The position numbers and the translations under genes were made by a program. This document shows positions 46,421 through 55,401 of a stretch of 64,000 nucleotides of DNA, one piece after another (the first letter of the stretch is position 1; every line of letters starts with the position of its first letter). The stretch covers positions 3,081 through 67,080 of the forward strand of contig JAJRRI010000035.1 of NCBI GenBank assembly GCA_024279685.1, given 5' to 3'. Below the pieces are notes generated by a model. It saw only the letters and a program-made list of their open reading frames with translations, did not search any database and had not been told where the DNA came from. The stretch comes from Verrucomicrobiota bacterium. Its GTDB lineage: Bacteria > Verrucomicrobiota > Kiritimatiellia > Kiritimatiellales > Pontiellaceae.

Positions 46421-47671
46421 ATGCCCACTCGACCTCTAGAGGAAAATATCTTGAAATTGGCCATGATCGGCTGCGGTGGCTATGCCGGAGACTGGATTGA
46501 TCGACTGGCCGAAATACCTGATCTCTGCGAGTTGATCGCCGTTACTACGCTTGATCCGGACGACCCTGCTGCGCAGGCCTGTCGAGCCAAAGGTTTGCTC
46601 GTCTATAACAGCGTAGATGAATTACTTGACCACCTTTCGCCGGAAACTTGCTCTGCTGTAATTGTTCCAACAAGTATTGATAGCCATTATGAATACGCCT
46701 TCAAGGTGGTTGAACGCGGGTTTCATGTCCTCCTCGAAAAGCCTCCTGTTTCGGTCATTCAAGATCTCGATCGGCTAATTAAACTCCAACGCGAAAGTGG
46801 GAAGTTTATTGCCATCACCTTTCAGCATCTCTACAGCACGGGCGTACAGCGGCTTAAGACCCGATTGGCTTCCGGCGAGTTCGGCGCAATTAAGACCGTC
46901 CGAGCTCATGCCGTGTGGCCGCGACCGGAATCCTATTTTTCTCGGAGCTTTTGGAGCGGCCGCATTCAGATGGATGGGAGGTGGGTGCTCGATGGAACTC
47001 TTGGAAATCCGCTGGCTCACCTCATGGCCGAGGCGCTTTATTTAGCCACTCCAGATTTGGGGATGGCCATTCCCGTTCACTTGGAAGCGGAGCTTTATCA
47101 GACCAATAACATCGAAAGCGAGGATACCAGCGTGGTTCGGATTAAAACCAAAAAGGGCGTATCCGTCTTTTACAGCGCAAGCCTCTGCGGCACCAAGCTT
47201 ATGCCCATCTGTTGCGAAATCGAGACCGAGCGAGCTGTCATTCGCCTGACCGATCACGCTCAACTGGAAATCACCTACTCTGATGGACGTAAGGAGCTTC
47301 AGGACGATCCAGGGCGTAACGATCACTCCACCGATCGCTGTTTAATGATCGAGGCGATTATCCGAAAATTGTTGCGGAATGAGCGCCCGATGATCACCGT
47401 CGAAGAGTGCCGTCCTTACATGCTGGCATGGAACGGCGCTTTCGAATCTGCGCAACGCCCGGTCGCTGTTCCCTTTTCCAAAAAAGAGATTGAGGCGGGA
47501 ATCATGCGCTTTATCCCTGGGATCGGCGAGCTAGGCCAAAAGGCCGTTAAAGAGCAAAGTCTGTTCTCTGAATTAGGTGTAGAATGGGCCGTGGCCGGAA
47601 CCCCCGTCGACCTTACCGAATACACCCACTTCCCATCGATCAATCCAGAATGGATTGATCGATCTCCCTGA
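46421..47671 (+). CDS. Gfo/Idh/MocA family oxidoreductase
   Basis: MIGCGGY, PTSIDSH, VLLEKPP, DGTLGNPLAH. Confidence 0.88.
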   Translation: MPTRPLEENILKLAMIGCGGYAGDWIDRLAEIPDLCELIAVTTLDPDDPAAQACRAKGLLVYNSVDELLDHLSPETCSAVIVPTSIDSHYEYAFKVVERGFHVLLEKPPVSVIQDLDRLIKLQRESGKFIAITFQHLYSTGVQRLKTRLASGEFGAIKTVRAHAVWPRPESYFSRSFWSGRIQMDGRWVLDGTLGNPLAHLMAEALYLATPDLGMAIPVHLEAELYQTNNIESEDTSVVRIKTKKGVSVFYSASLCGTKLMPICCEIETERAVIRLTDHAQLEITYSDGRKELQDDPGRNDHSTDRCLMIEAIIRKLLRNERPMITVEECRPYMLAWNGAFESAQRPVAVPFSKKEIEAGIMRFIPGIGELGQKAVKEQSLFSELGVEWAVAGTPVDLTEYTHFPSINPEWIDRSP

Positions 47672-47703
47672 GGCTGGCTGCACTACGCCCTCCGAGAAAA
47701 GAT

Positions 47704-48294
47704 CTACGTTTCGAGTAAGACGAGTAGGGAGCGCGAGCCATGAGCACCGATCACGAGGCACTGTTCTACATCGGCAGTTTTGGATGGTCCAGCGATGAAT
47801 CCGGCCCATGGTTGGGCGGTGTGATCCAGTCCCAAACTGGCGTAAGCCTCGTGGAGATTATGGAGTAGAGTGCTGGCTTTAACGACTAGAACCAAGTGTT
47901 GGGTGAGAAAAAATAAGCTGCGTTGGGGAAGCTGCTTCTCTTCAACCCAGATCGCCCCGTTTTCAGCAACCCCAAGCGTGCCACGGGTAATAAGCAAGTC
48001 GAGTTTGTCGCCGTCGTGAGGAGTGCTAAATTCGCGAGCACTTAGACTGGGAATAGGCAACTCATCACCGATCGTATGGAATATAGTTTTTGCGTCTGCG
48101 TAGTGTTGATCAATCAGCGGCTTAATCTCTTCCACGGCATTAATTTCGGTGCAGATTCCTCCAACGGATTCGACGGCTTGCTTGAACTGGGTGCTGATGT
48201 CCTCGTAGCGAATGCCAAACGTAGGGGCGGAGGGCAAATCAATGGAGGCCGGCTTATGCGCACGGACGGAGGCGAGGATGCTTTCGCGGCTCAT
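47704..48294 (-). CDS. lutC: Lactate utilization protein C (LUD domain)
   Basis: SRESILA, GVAENGAIW, FIAGPSKTADVEQ..GAHG. Confidence 0.9.
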   Translation of the reverse strand: MSRESILASVRAHKPASIDLPSAPTFGIRYEDISTQFKQAVESVGGICTEINAVEEIKPLIDQHYADAKTIFHTIGDELPIPSLSAREFSTPHDGDKLDLLITRGTLGVAENGAIWVEEKQLPQRSLFFLTQHLVLVVKASTLLHNLHEAYASLGLDHTAQPWAGFIAGPSKTADVEQCLVIGAHGSRSLLVLLET

Positions 48295-49673
48295 GAGTTT
48301 TTATCCCTGTTTTTTGTGTACCACTCTTGAAAACTTTCTGGCGGGGCGGGCGGAAGATCGCGTTGGCGCCCCCAAATATTGAGCGGGTTGTAAAGAAAGA
48401 CCCGTGGAAGTTTCATGGCGAGGCGAGCGCACTTTCCTGCGAGTTTATAGCGCTGTGGAGACTGGAGAACCCAGCTTGTAAGTTTCATGGCCAGACGCTT
48501 TCCGGGATTGAGCTTTCCAGCTTTGACCACTTCTTCGCGCCACGCGAGCAGTTGGTGATGCAGGTCGATTTTCACCGGACAAACATCGGTGCACGATCCG
48601 CAGAGGGTTGATGCGAAAGGTAGACTTTTATGAGCCGCTAAGTCCTTATTTGGGGCTAGTACGGAGCCAATCGGACCTGGAATGACATAGCCGTAGCTGT
48701 GTCCTCCACTGCGCCTGTAAATGGGGCAGGTATTCATGCAAGCTCCGCAGCGAATACAGGAGAGCGATCGCCAAAATTTCTTGCGGGATAAAAGTTCGCT
48801 GCGCCCATTGTCGACGATGACGACATGCATTTCGCTGCCCTTTTGGGGGCCGTTAAAGTGAGAGCTGTAGGTGGTGATGGGCTGGCCGGTCGCCGAGCGT
48901 GCGAGTAGACGGAGAAAGACACCGAGGTTTTCTTGTTTGGGGATAATTTTTTCCAGACCCATGCAGGCGATGTGAATGGGGGGCAAGACGGTTCCGAGAT
49001 CCGCATTACCTTCATTGGTGCACACGACTACGCTACCGGTTTCGGCAACGGCAAAATTAACTCCTGTAATACCAGCCTCTGCATCGAGGAATTTTTTACG
49101 CAAATCAAGACGCGCAGATTCCGTGAGGTACTTCGGATCGGAGGCGCCCTTTTTTGTGCCCATATGCTCATGAAAAAGCTCACCAATTTCTTCTTTTTTT
49201 ACATGAATGGCCGGCAAGACGATATGGCTGGGCGGCTCATTACGTAATTGCACAATCCGCTCGCCAAGATCCGTGTCTATGACCGTTATGCCGCGTTTTT
49301 CTAAAAAGGGGTTGAGATGGCACTCTTCTGTGAGCATGGATTTGCTTTTAACCACCTCGCGAACCTGGTGCGTTTTTAAAATATCGTAGACGATTTGATT
49401 GTGCTCATCGCCTGTGGCCGCCCAATGAATGGTAATGCCTTTGGCTTGGGCGTTGCGCTCAAACTCTTCGAGGTACTCATCGAGGTTAGAGAGGCTGTGC
49501 GCTTTGATTTGCGCCGCAGTATCGCGGAGTTGTTCCCACTCGGGGAGACTGGCGGCGGCTTTGTCGCGCTTTTGACGCACAAACCAAAGGGCCTTATTAT
49601 GCCATGTAGTTCGCGCTTGATCAGAAACAAAGGCGGCGGCTTTTTTGGGGTGATGGGTATGCATTTGTGTCAT
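48291..49673 (-). CDS. lutB: Lactate utilization FeS protein B
   Basis: VVKSKSMLTEE, DTDLGE, PSHIVLPAIH, CTNEGN, CIRCGACMNTCP, STLCGSCTDVCPV. Confidence 0.95.
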   Translation of the reverse strand: MTQMHTHHPKKAAAFVSDQARTTWHNKALWFVRQKRDKAAASLPEWEQLRDTAAQIKAHSLSNLDEYLEEFERNAQAKGITIHWAATGDEHNQIVYDILKTHQVREVVKSKSMLTEECHLNPFLEKRGITVIDTDLGERIVQLRNEPPSHIVLPAIHVKKEEIGELFHEHMGTKKGASDPKYLTESARLDLRKKFLDAEAGITGVNFAVAETGSVVVCTNEGNADLGTVLPPIHIACMGLEKIIPKQENLGVFLRLLARSATGQPITTYSSHFNGPQKGSEMHVVIVDNGRSELLSRKKFWRSLSCIRCGACMNTCPIYRRSGGHSYGYVIPGPIGSVLAPNKDLAAHKSLPFASTLCGSCTDVCPVKIDLHHQLLAWREEVVKAGKLNPGKRLAMKLTSWVLQSPQRYKLAGKCARLAMKLPRVFLYNPLNIWGRQRDLPPAPPESFQEWYTKNRDKNS

Positions 49674-49681
49674 GGCCTACT

Positions 49682-50434
49682 CTATTTAATCGTGCCCGCT
49701 AAAATTTCCGCGATATGAACCACCCGCAACGGATCACCATTGCGTGTGATAAGACCGTTTAAGTGCATGAGGCAGGACATATCGATGCCGGTCATGATTT
49801 GTGCACCTGCTTGGAGATGGTCGGCGATACGGTCTTTGCCCATCTGACAGGAGATCGCCTCTTCAGCAATTGCAAAAGTGCCGCCAAAACCACAGCATTC
49901 GTCTTTGCGATCCAGCTCAACGAGTTCGATGCCTTTAACCATGGCGAGCAGTTGGGTGACTTTTGAAAAAGGTGCGTCCATGCGTTCGCTTGACTTGGCG
50001 AGACGTAATTCACGCAGACCGTGGCAACTTTGGTGCAAGCCCACTCGATAAGGTAGGCTGGCATTGATTTCTTTGATTTGGATGACATCCACTAAAAATT
50101 CGCAAAGTTCCATCGTTCGGGTGCTAACATGGTCGTAGCCCTCGCAGTGTGAGGCAACATCTTTGTAGTGGTTGCGTACCATGGACGTGCAGCTGCCGGA
50201 GGGGCAGACGATATAATCGTAGGGTTTAAACGTTTTAATGAAATGCTCGGCAACGGGTTTTACATCGTCGCTACAGCCCGTATTACCCATAGGTTGCCCG
50301 CAGCAGGTCTGCGCAAGTGGGTAATCAACATCCAGATTAAGCTGTTGGAGTAAGGTCAGTGTGGCTTTAGCTACATGAGGGTACAGCTGATCAACATAAC
50401 AGGGGATAAATAAACCAATTTTCATAGGACTCAC
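49682..50434 (-). CDS. lutA: Lactate utilization protein A (two CCG domains)
   Basis: LFIPCYVD, QTCCGQP, PSGSC, HQSCHG, ECCGFGGTF, DMSCLMH. Confidence 0.95.
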   Translation of the reverse strand: MSPMKIGLFIPCYVDQLYPHVAKATLTLLQQLNLDVDYPLAQTCCGQPMGNTGCSDDVKPVAEHFIKTFKPYDYIVCPSGSCTSMVRNHYKDVASHCEGYDHVSTRTMELCEFLVDVIQIKEINASLPYRVGLHQSCHGLRELRLAKSSERMDAPFSKVTQLLAMVKGIELVELDRKDECCGFGGTFAIAEEAISCQMGKDRIADHLQAGAQIMTGIDMSCLMHLNGLITRNGDPLRVVHIAEILAGTIK

Positions 50435-50565
50435 TGTACTTCTTTTGGGGGAGGCATGGCAGATTAAATAGTGAAAATATTGGCCTGGGGTAACCTAACT
50501 TTATGGGCGAATTAACGTCCATGATCTGCACCCGACCTAACTACAAAAAATAATTGACAGTGGAG

Positions 50566-50577
50566 ATGAAACGTTTA
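50566..50577. promoter_or_regulatory. Candidate LacI-type operator ATGAAACGTTTA just downstream of a TTGACA hexamer (50554-50559)
   Basis: Identical to 45403-45414. Lies in the divergent lutA / BNR-4 intergenic region. Confidence 0.45.
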
Positions 50578-50661
50578 GTTTTTTCTTTTATAATTATCGA
50601 ATTCAGAAGGGGTATATGTAGAGTGAAGAATCCGATAAAAAACGATGGAGAAGATGTCCGC

Positions 50662-52047
50662 ATGGTAACGGTAAATAAAAAAGCCGATGGCTATCGAGGT
50701 GTCTGGTGTATGGACCAGGCTTCGGATGATGAATATGTTTATAAATATAGTGGGGGGCTCGGGACGTATTGTGCCAAACACCAACCTTTTGCTGTGTACT
50801 CGCCGGAGTCCAAGAAAACATTTTTCTGCTATGGGGGGGCTGCAAAGGAGAATCATCAGCAACTTCTTCACATGGTGTCTTACTATGACCATGCAACTGG
50901 AATGGTGCCAAGGCCCACTTTGTTGTTGGACAAGCAGACCGATGACGCTCACGATAATCCGATTATTTCGCTCGATGAAGAGGGTTACATTTGGATATTT
51001 TCTACCTCACATGGAACCGGGCGACCTTCCTATATTCACCGTAGCGCTAAGCCCTATGACATCAATGAGTTTGAACTCGTTCCCGCAACACGCCTTGTTG
51101 ACGGAAAAAGGGTTCCTTTCGACAACTTCTCGTATATGCAGGTCTGGAATATTCCCCAGCGCGGTTTTGTCGCGTTCTTGACCCACTATAACGACCCCGC
51201 CATTCGCACCAATTTCTTCATAGAAAGCCGAGATGGGATTGATTGGGGAGAATGGCAACGGCTTGCGGGTATAGAACAGGGGCACTATCAAATCAGTGCA
51301 TCCCTCGCCGGGAAGATAGCGAGCGCCTGTAATTTTCACCCCTCCGAAAAAGGAAATGGCCTGAACTGGCGGACCAATTTATATTACATGGAGTCTTTGG
51401 ATTTTGGCGGGACATGGATCTCAATCGAGGGCAAGCCGCTGAAGTGCCCGCTCATTGATGTTAAAAATCCAGCCTTGGTTCATGATTATCAAAAAGAAGG
51501 ACTGAACGTTTACCTCAAAGATATCCGACTGGACGATGCCGGCCGGCCGATTATTTTATATTTGACCAGCGGGGGCTATGAATCAGGTCCTGAAAATGCG
51601 CCTCGCACTTGGACGACCGCGCATTGGAACGGAATGAATTGGGATGTCAGGCCTGCCATGGAATCGGATAGCAATTATGATATGGGTTCGCTCTATGTTG
51701 AAGGCGATGGGATTTGGCGAATCATCGCGCCCACCGAGACAGGACCCCAGCCCTTCAACCCTGGAGGTGAAGTGGCGATGTGGATGACCGAAGATTATGG
51801 AATGACTTGGAACCGCATTAAGAACCTCACATCAGATAGCGAGTGCAACCATACCTTCGTGCGGCGCCCGGTGAATGCCCATCCCGATTTCTACGCTCTA
51901 TGGGCAGATGGCCATGCTCGGAAACCGTCCTCCTCTCGGATCTATTTCTGCGACAAGGAGGGAAATGTCAGCATGCTTCCGGAAGAGATGGATGCTGATT
52001 TTGTTCAGCCGACACGAGTCGCCTCCACAGATAAATTAAGCGATTGA
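50662..52047 (+). CDS. BNR-4 repeat beta-propeller protein, possible polysaccharide/oligosaccharide lyase
   Basis: YSGGLGTYCAKH, DDAHDNP..LDEEGYIWIF..HG, and Asp-box-like YMESLDFGGTW and WMTEDYGMTW. No signal peptide from ATG 50662. Confidence 0.75.
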   Translation: MVTVNKKADGYRGVWCMDQASDDEYVYKYSGGLGTYCAKHQPFAVYSPESKKTFFCYGGAAKENHQQLLHMVSYYDHATGMVPRPTLLLDKQTDDAHDNPIISLDEEGYIWIFSTSHGTGRPSYIHRSAKPYDINEFELVPATRLVDGKRVPFDNFSYMQVWNIPQRGFVAFLTHYNDPAIRTNFFIESRDGIDWGEWQRLAGIEQGHYQISASLAGKIASACNFHPSEKGNGLNWRTNLYYMESLDFGGTWISIEGKPLKCPLIDVKNPALVHDYQKEGLNVYLKDIRLDDAGRPIILYLTSGGYESGPENAPRTWTTAHWNGMNWDVRPAMESDSNYDMGSLYVEGDGIWRIIAPTETGPQPFNPGGEVAMWMTEDYGMTWNRIKNLTSDSECNHTFVRRPVNAHPDFYALWADGHARKPSSSRIYFCDKEGNVSMLPEEMDADFVQPTRVASTDKLSD

Positions 52048-52165
52048 CCGAGAGGTTTCTGGGGGCAGTATTTTTTGAATGACCCTGGAGTTTTGAACGT
52101 TTATTCTAACTATTTTCCATACGATTGAGCGTGCATTAATAGGGTACCTCGCAAGGAGAGAAAAA

Positions 52166-52330
52166 ATGATAAAGACAGAAGATAGAATGAAATCTTTTCT
52201 GCTCTCTTTGAGTAGGGAGAGTATTGTGTGGCCGGTACGTGCAGGCGACAGAGCTCCAGTGGCTCCCCGTTCTATGAACGGATCTGTTCATTTGATCTCT
52301 ATGATCCAACTCCCCTCCGTAATATCATGA
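52166..52330 (+). CDS. Small 54-aa ORF coupled to the symporter start (not in the ORF track)
   Basis: AAGGAG RBS before ATG 52166. Stop TGA 52328-52330 overlaps ATG 52327 of the symporter. No recognisable domain. Confidence 0.35.
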   Translation: MIKTEDRMKSFLLSLSRESIVWPVRAGDRAPVAPRSMNGSVHLISMIQLPSVIS

Positions 52331-54630
52331 ACGGTAGCATGCATTGGGTTGATTGGTTGATCGTGGTCCTTCCTGTGGCCTTCGTATTGGGTATTGCGAT
52401 TGATTCAAAACGCTACGCAAAGGGGGTCGTCAATTATTTAGCGGCCGGCCGAGTCGCGGGAAGATATGTCCTGACGGTTGGGGATATGACTACGGGCATT
52501 GGCATTGTTACGCTGATGGCCTATGTAGAGTCCCACTACAAAACAGGATTCGGGGTCATGTTTTGGAATACAGCGACCATTCCTTTGTTAATCTTTTTTG
52601 CGTTATCAGGGTTTTGTATCTACCGATTCCGGGAGAGTAAGGCTATCTCCAATGGCCAATTTCTTGAGATGCGTTACAGTCGCTCGCTTCGCATTATTGC
52701 TTCAACCATACGGGTTACTGCAGAGCTACTTACCAATTGCATTGGTCCCGCCATTGCCACTCAATTTTTTATCTATTTTCTAGGCATCCCCCATACGATC
52801 ATGCTCGGAGAAGTGGTGATTCAAACCTACCCCTTTCTAGTAGGAGTGATTCTAATTCTCGCACTCATTGTTATTCTGCCCGGCGGTCGGATTGCTTTGC
52901 TTATTACCGATGGAATTCAGGGATTGGTCTGTTATCCAGTTTTTGTCCTTATTGTGGGTTATGTCATGTTCCAATTTTCATGGAGCGAACAAATCTCCCC
53001 CGTGTTATTAGATCGGGTGCCGGGTGAGAGCTTAATGAACCCATTTGATGTGAGTAACTTGAGGGATTTTAATGTGGTTACGGTGTTAATCATCGTCATT
53101 GCAAAAATTTACAATACGGCCAGCTTTGCCGGTAATGATGTCACCGCATCTGGACGAACTCCACACGAGCAAAAGATGGCCGGTGTGTTGGGGGTTTGGC
53201 GCCTAGGAATCGGGTTGGTGTTGTTCATTATGGTTTCCATGGTCGTCTTAACCGTAATGAATCACGCTTCTCTGGCTCCGCGAGCTCATGAAATACGTCA
53301 AGCGCTCTCAGAAAAGGTTATCGCCCAAGTTATACCAGAATCTGAGCAACAACGGGAGGCTCTCAACCAGGCCATAGCGACCATTCCGTTGCAGGTGCAC
53401 GAAATTGGGGTGGATACCCCGCTCTCCCATGTACAGAACCTCGATACAGTCTACATGGATGTTGTCAAATTGGGCTTGGGCGATACGCCCGAAGGAAATG
53501 CCCATTTCCAAAAATTCCGTACACTGTATCATCAGATGATGATGCCCTTGGGGCTTCGGCAAATCCTGCCCGCGGGTCTGATGGGATTATTTTGCCTACT
53601 CGCTCTGTTGCTGATGCTGTCAACGGATGATTCGCGCATTTTTAATGCAGCGTCCGCCTCTGTTCAGGACTTGGTCATCCCGTTTCAGAAAAAAGCCATG
53701 ACTCCGCATCAACATATACGCTTGGTAAAATGGATGGCCGTCTTAGTTGCGGGTATCTTTTTTATGGGGTCGGTGTTCTTTTCCCAGATGGACTACATTA
53801 ATATGTTTATTACCATCATGGTCTCCATCTGGCTGGGAGCTGCTGCACCGATTATGGTATTTGGCCTCTACAGCCGTTTGGGAAATACGGTGGGGGCCTA
53901 CGGCGCAATCATCTTTGGTTCAGGCAGTGCGGTTACGGGTGCGATTCTGCAACGCAAATGGGCGGATGGAGTCTACCCTTTTCTTCAGGATCAGGGCTGG
54001 GTTGAAGGAGTTGGAAGCTTTTTGGCCGCCATCAGCAAGCCGCTTAATCCCTATGTTGTCTGGGAGATGAATCCCGTAAAATTCCCGATCAATAGCTATG
54101 AATTGTCCTTTATTGCTCTGTTGTTTGGAACGATTGCCTACGTGACCGGTTCTTTGCTGGCCAACCGCAAGCCGTTCAATCTCGATCGCCTGTTGCACCG
54201 CGGAAAATACAATACGGATGGAACCGCAGAAATTCAGTCTAAATGGACTTGGAGATCGGCAGGAGGCAAGCTGGTCGGGATTACGTCTGACTACACACGC
54301 GGTGATAAGATCATCGCTTGGGGAGTCGTTGGGTATACACTCGTCTATCAACTTATTCTCTCCTTTCTGGTGGTTCTCATTTGGAATCTTATCGACCCTT
54401 GGCCCTTGTCCTGGTGGTCGTCCTATTATTTCATCATCTATTTTGTGACCTCTCCCTTGATTGGCATTATAACAGCGATCTGGTTCTGCTGGGGTGGTGT
54501 CCGGGATATTAGGCAACTCTTTAGAGACCTCGCCAAGCGGGTCGACAATCCTCTTGATGACGGCCGCGTGGAAGGAGATGTGGCGCTTTCAGATTTGGAC
54601 TTGCTGAAGAAGGATGAAGAGGAGAAGTAA
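52327..54630 (+). CDS. Large sodium:solute symporter family transporter
   Basis: HWVDWLIV, YLAAGRVAGRY, GQFLEMRYSR, GGRIALLITD, LSTDDSRIF, many TM helices and a long soluble insert. Confidence 0.88.
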   Translation: MNGSMHWVDWLIVVLPVAFVLGIAIDSKRYAKGVVNYLAAGRVAGRYVLTVGDMTTGIGIVTLMAYVESHYKTGFGVMFWNTATIPLLIFFALSGFCIYRFRESKAISNGQFLEMRYSRSLRIIASTIRVTAELLTNCIGPAIATQFFIYFLGIPHTIMLGEVVIQTYPFLVGVILILALIVILPGGRIALLITDGIQGLVCYPVFVLIVGYVMFQFSWSEQISPVLLDRVPGESLMNPFDVSNLRDFNVVTVLIIVIAKIYNTASFAGNDVTASGRTPHEQKMAGVLGVWRLGIGLVLFIMVSMVVLTVMNHASLAPRAHEIRQALSEKVIAQVIPESEQQREALNQAIATIPLQVHEIGVDTPLSHVQNLDTVYMDVVKLGLGDTPEGNAHFQKFRTLYHQMMMPLGLRQILPAGLMGLFCLLALLLMLSTDDSRIFNAASASVQDLVIPFQKKAMTPHQHIRLVKWMAVLVAGIFFMGSVFFSQMDYINMFITIMVSIWLGAAAPIMVFGLYSRLGNTVGAYGAIIFGSGSAVTGAILQRKWADGVYPFLQDQGWVEGVGSFLAAISKPLNPYVVWEMNPVKFPINSYELSFIALLFGTIAYVTGSLLANRKPFNLDRLLHRGKYNTDGTAEIQSKWTWRSAGGKLVGITSDYTRGDKIIAWGVVGYTLVYQLILSFLVVLIWNLIDPWPLSWWSSYYFIIYFVTSPLIGIITAIWFCWGGVRDIRQLFRDLAKRVDNPLDDGRVEGDVALSDLDLLKKDEEEK

Positions 54631-54831
54631 TTTAGACTTTTCTTCGGATCATTCTTGATTACACGGTGGCAATTCCCGTTTGGAAATCCGCATCGATGAG
54701 AACATGTTCTATCTGAGCCTGATCCATCGAGGGGTACTCGCAGAAACTGCCACGCCGGAAATACACTGGACTTAAATCAAAAGAAAAGCAGAGCGAGAAA
54801 CGATCCCTAAAAAGCGGTACGTGACAGGGGA

Positions 54832-55335
54832 CTAAATCAGCCCCTCGCGGGCTAGCTCGCGGAAAATGCGGTCGACCTCGTTGTGGGCGATGGGGATAAA
54901 CGCTTCATAGTCAGCCGTATTTTTCCCGGTCGGATCAGGGATGTCACGAATTTCGGAAGGGTTGTCTTTCCAGAGATATTCCATGATGCGGAAAGTTTTC
55001 TCTGTGGCGTGTGGAAAACGTTTAAGGATATCGTCTTTCTGCCATTGCTCCATGACGAGAATGACATCCGCAGATTTGATGGTCTTGCGGGTGAGGGGGG
55101 CGGAGTGGTGATTCCTGAGCGAGAAGCCGTTAAGCCGAGCGACGTGTTTGACTACCTGGCTGGCCGATCCTCCGCGTCGCGCTTTCACGCCGGCGGAAAG
55201 AATGCGTATCTTTTTATGGACATGGGGGAGGTGTTCTTTGAGGTAGTGTTCCATGTAGCCATGGAGGTAGGCGCTGCGCGTTATATTGGCCTTGCAGACT
55301 ACGATGATCGTAAATTTTTTCCCAAATAGGCCCAT
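54832..55335 (-). CDS. Low-molecular-weight protein tyrosine/arginine phosphatase
   Basis: P-loop VCKANITRS, SAGV, ADVILVME, DIPDP. Confidence 0.85.
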   Translation of the reverse strand: MGLFGKKFTIIVVCKANITRSAYLHGYMEHYLKEHLPHVHKKIRILSAGVKARRGGSASQVVKHVARLNGFSLRNHHSAPLTRKTIKSADVILVMEQWQKDDILKRFPHATEKTFRIMEYLWKDNPSEIRDIPDPTGKNTADYEAFIPIAHNEVDRIFRELAREGLI

Positions 55336-55353
55336 GGTGGTTCCGTGGATAAA

Positions 55354-55381
55354 AAAGAGCCATTCATAGGAATGGCTCTTT
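55354..55381 (-). terminator. Intrinsic terminator of the minus-strand secreted-protein gene
   Basis: 12-bp stem AAAGAGCCATTC-atag-GAATGGCTCTTT, with the A-run giving a U-tract on the minus strand. Confidence 0.7.
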
Positions 55382-55401
55382 ACTGTAACGGCGGGTTTTG
55401 C

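Noticed and set aside
54699-54710. Perfect palindrome AGAACATGTTCT as a LexA box
   Set aside because: The spacing does not fit GAAC-N4-GTTC or TGTTC-N4-GAACA, and it lies between convergent genes rather than in a promoter.
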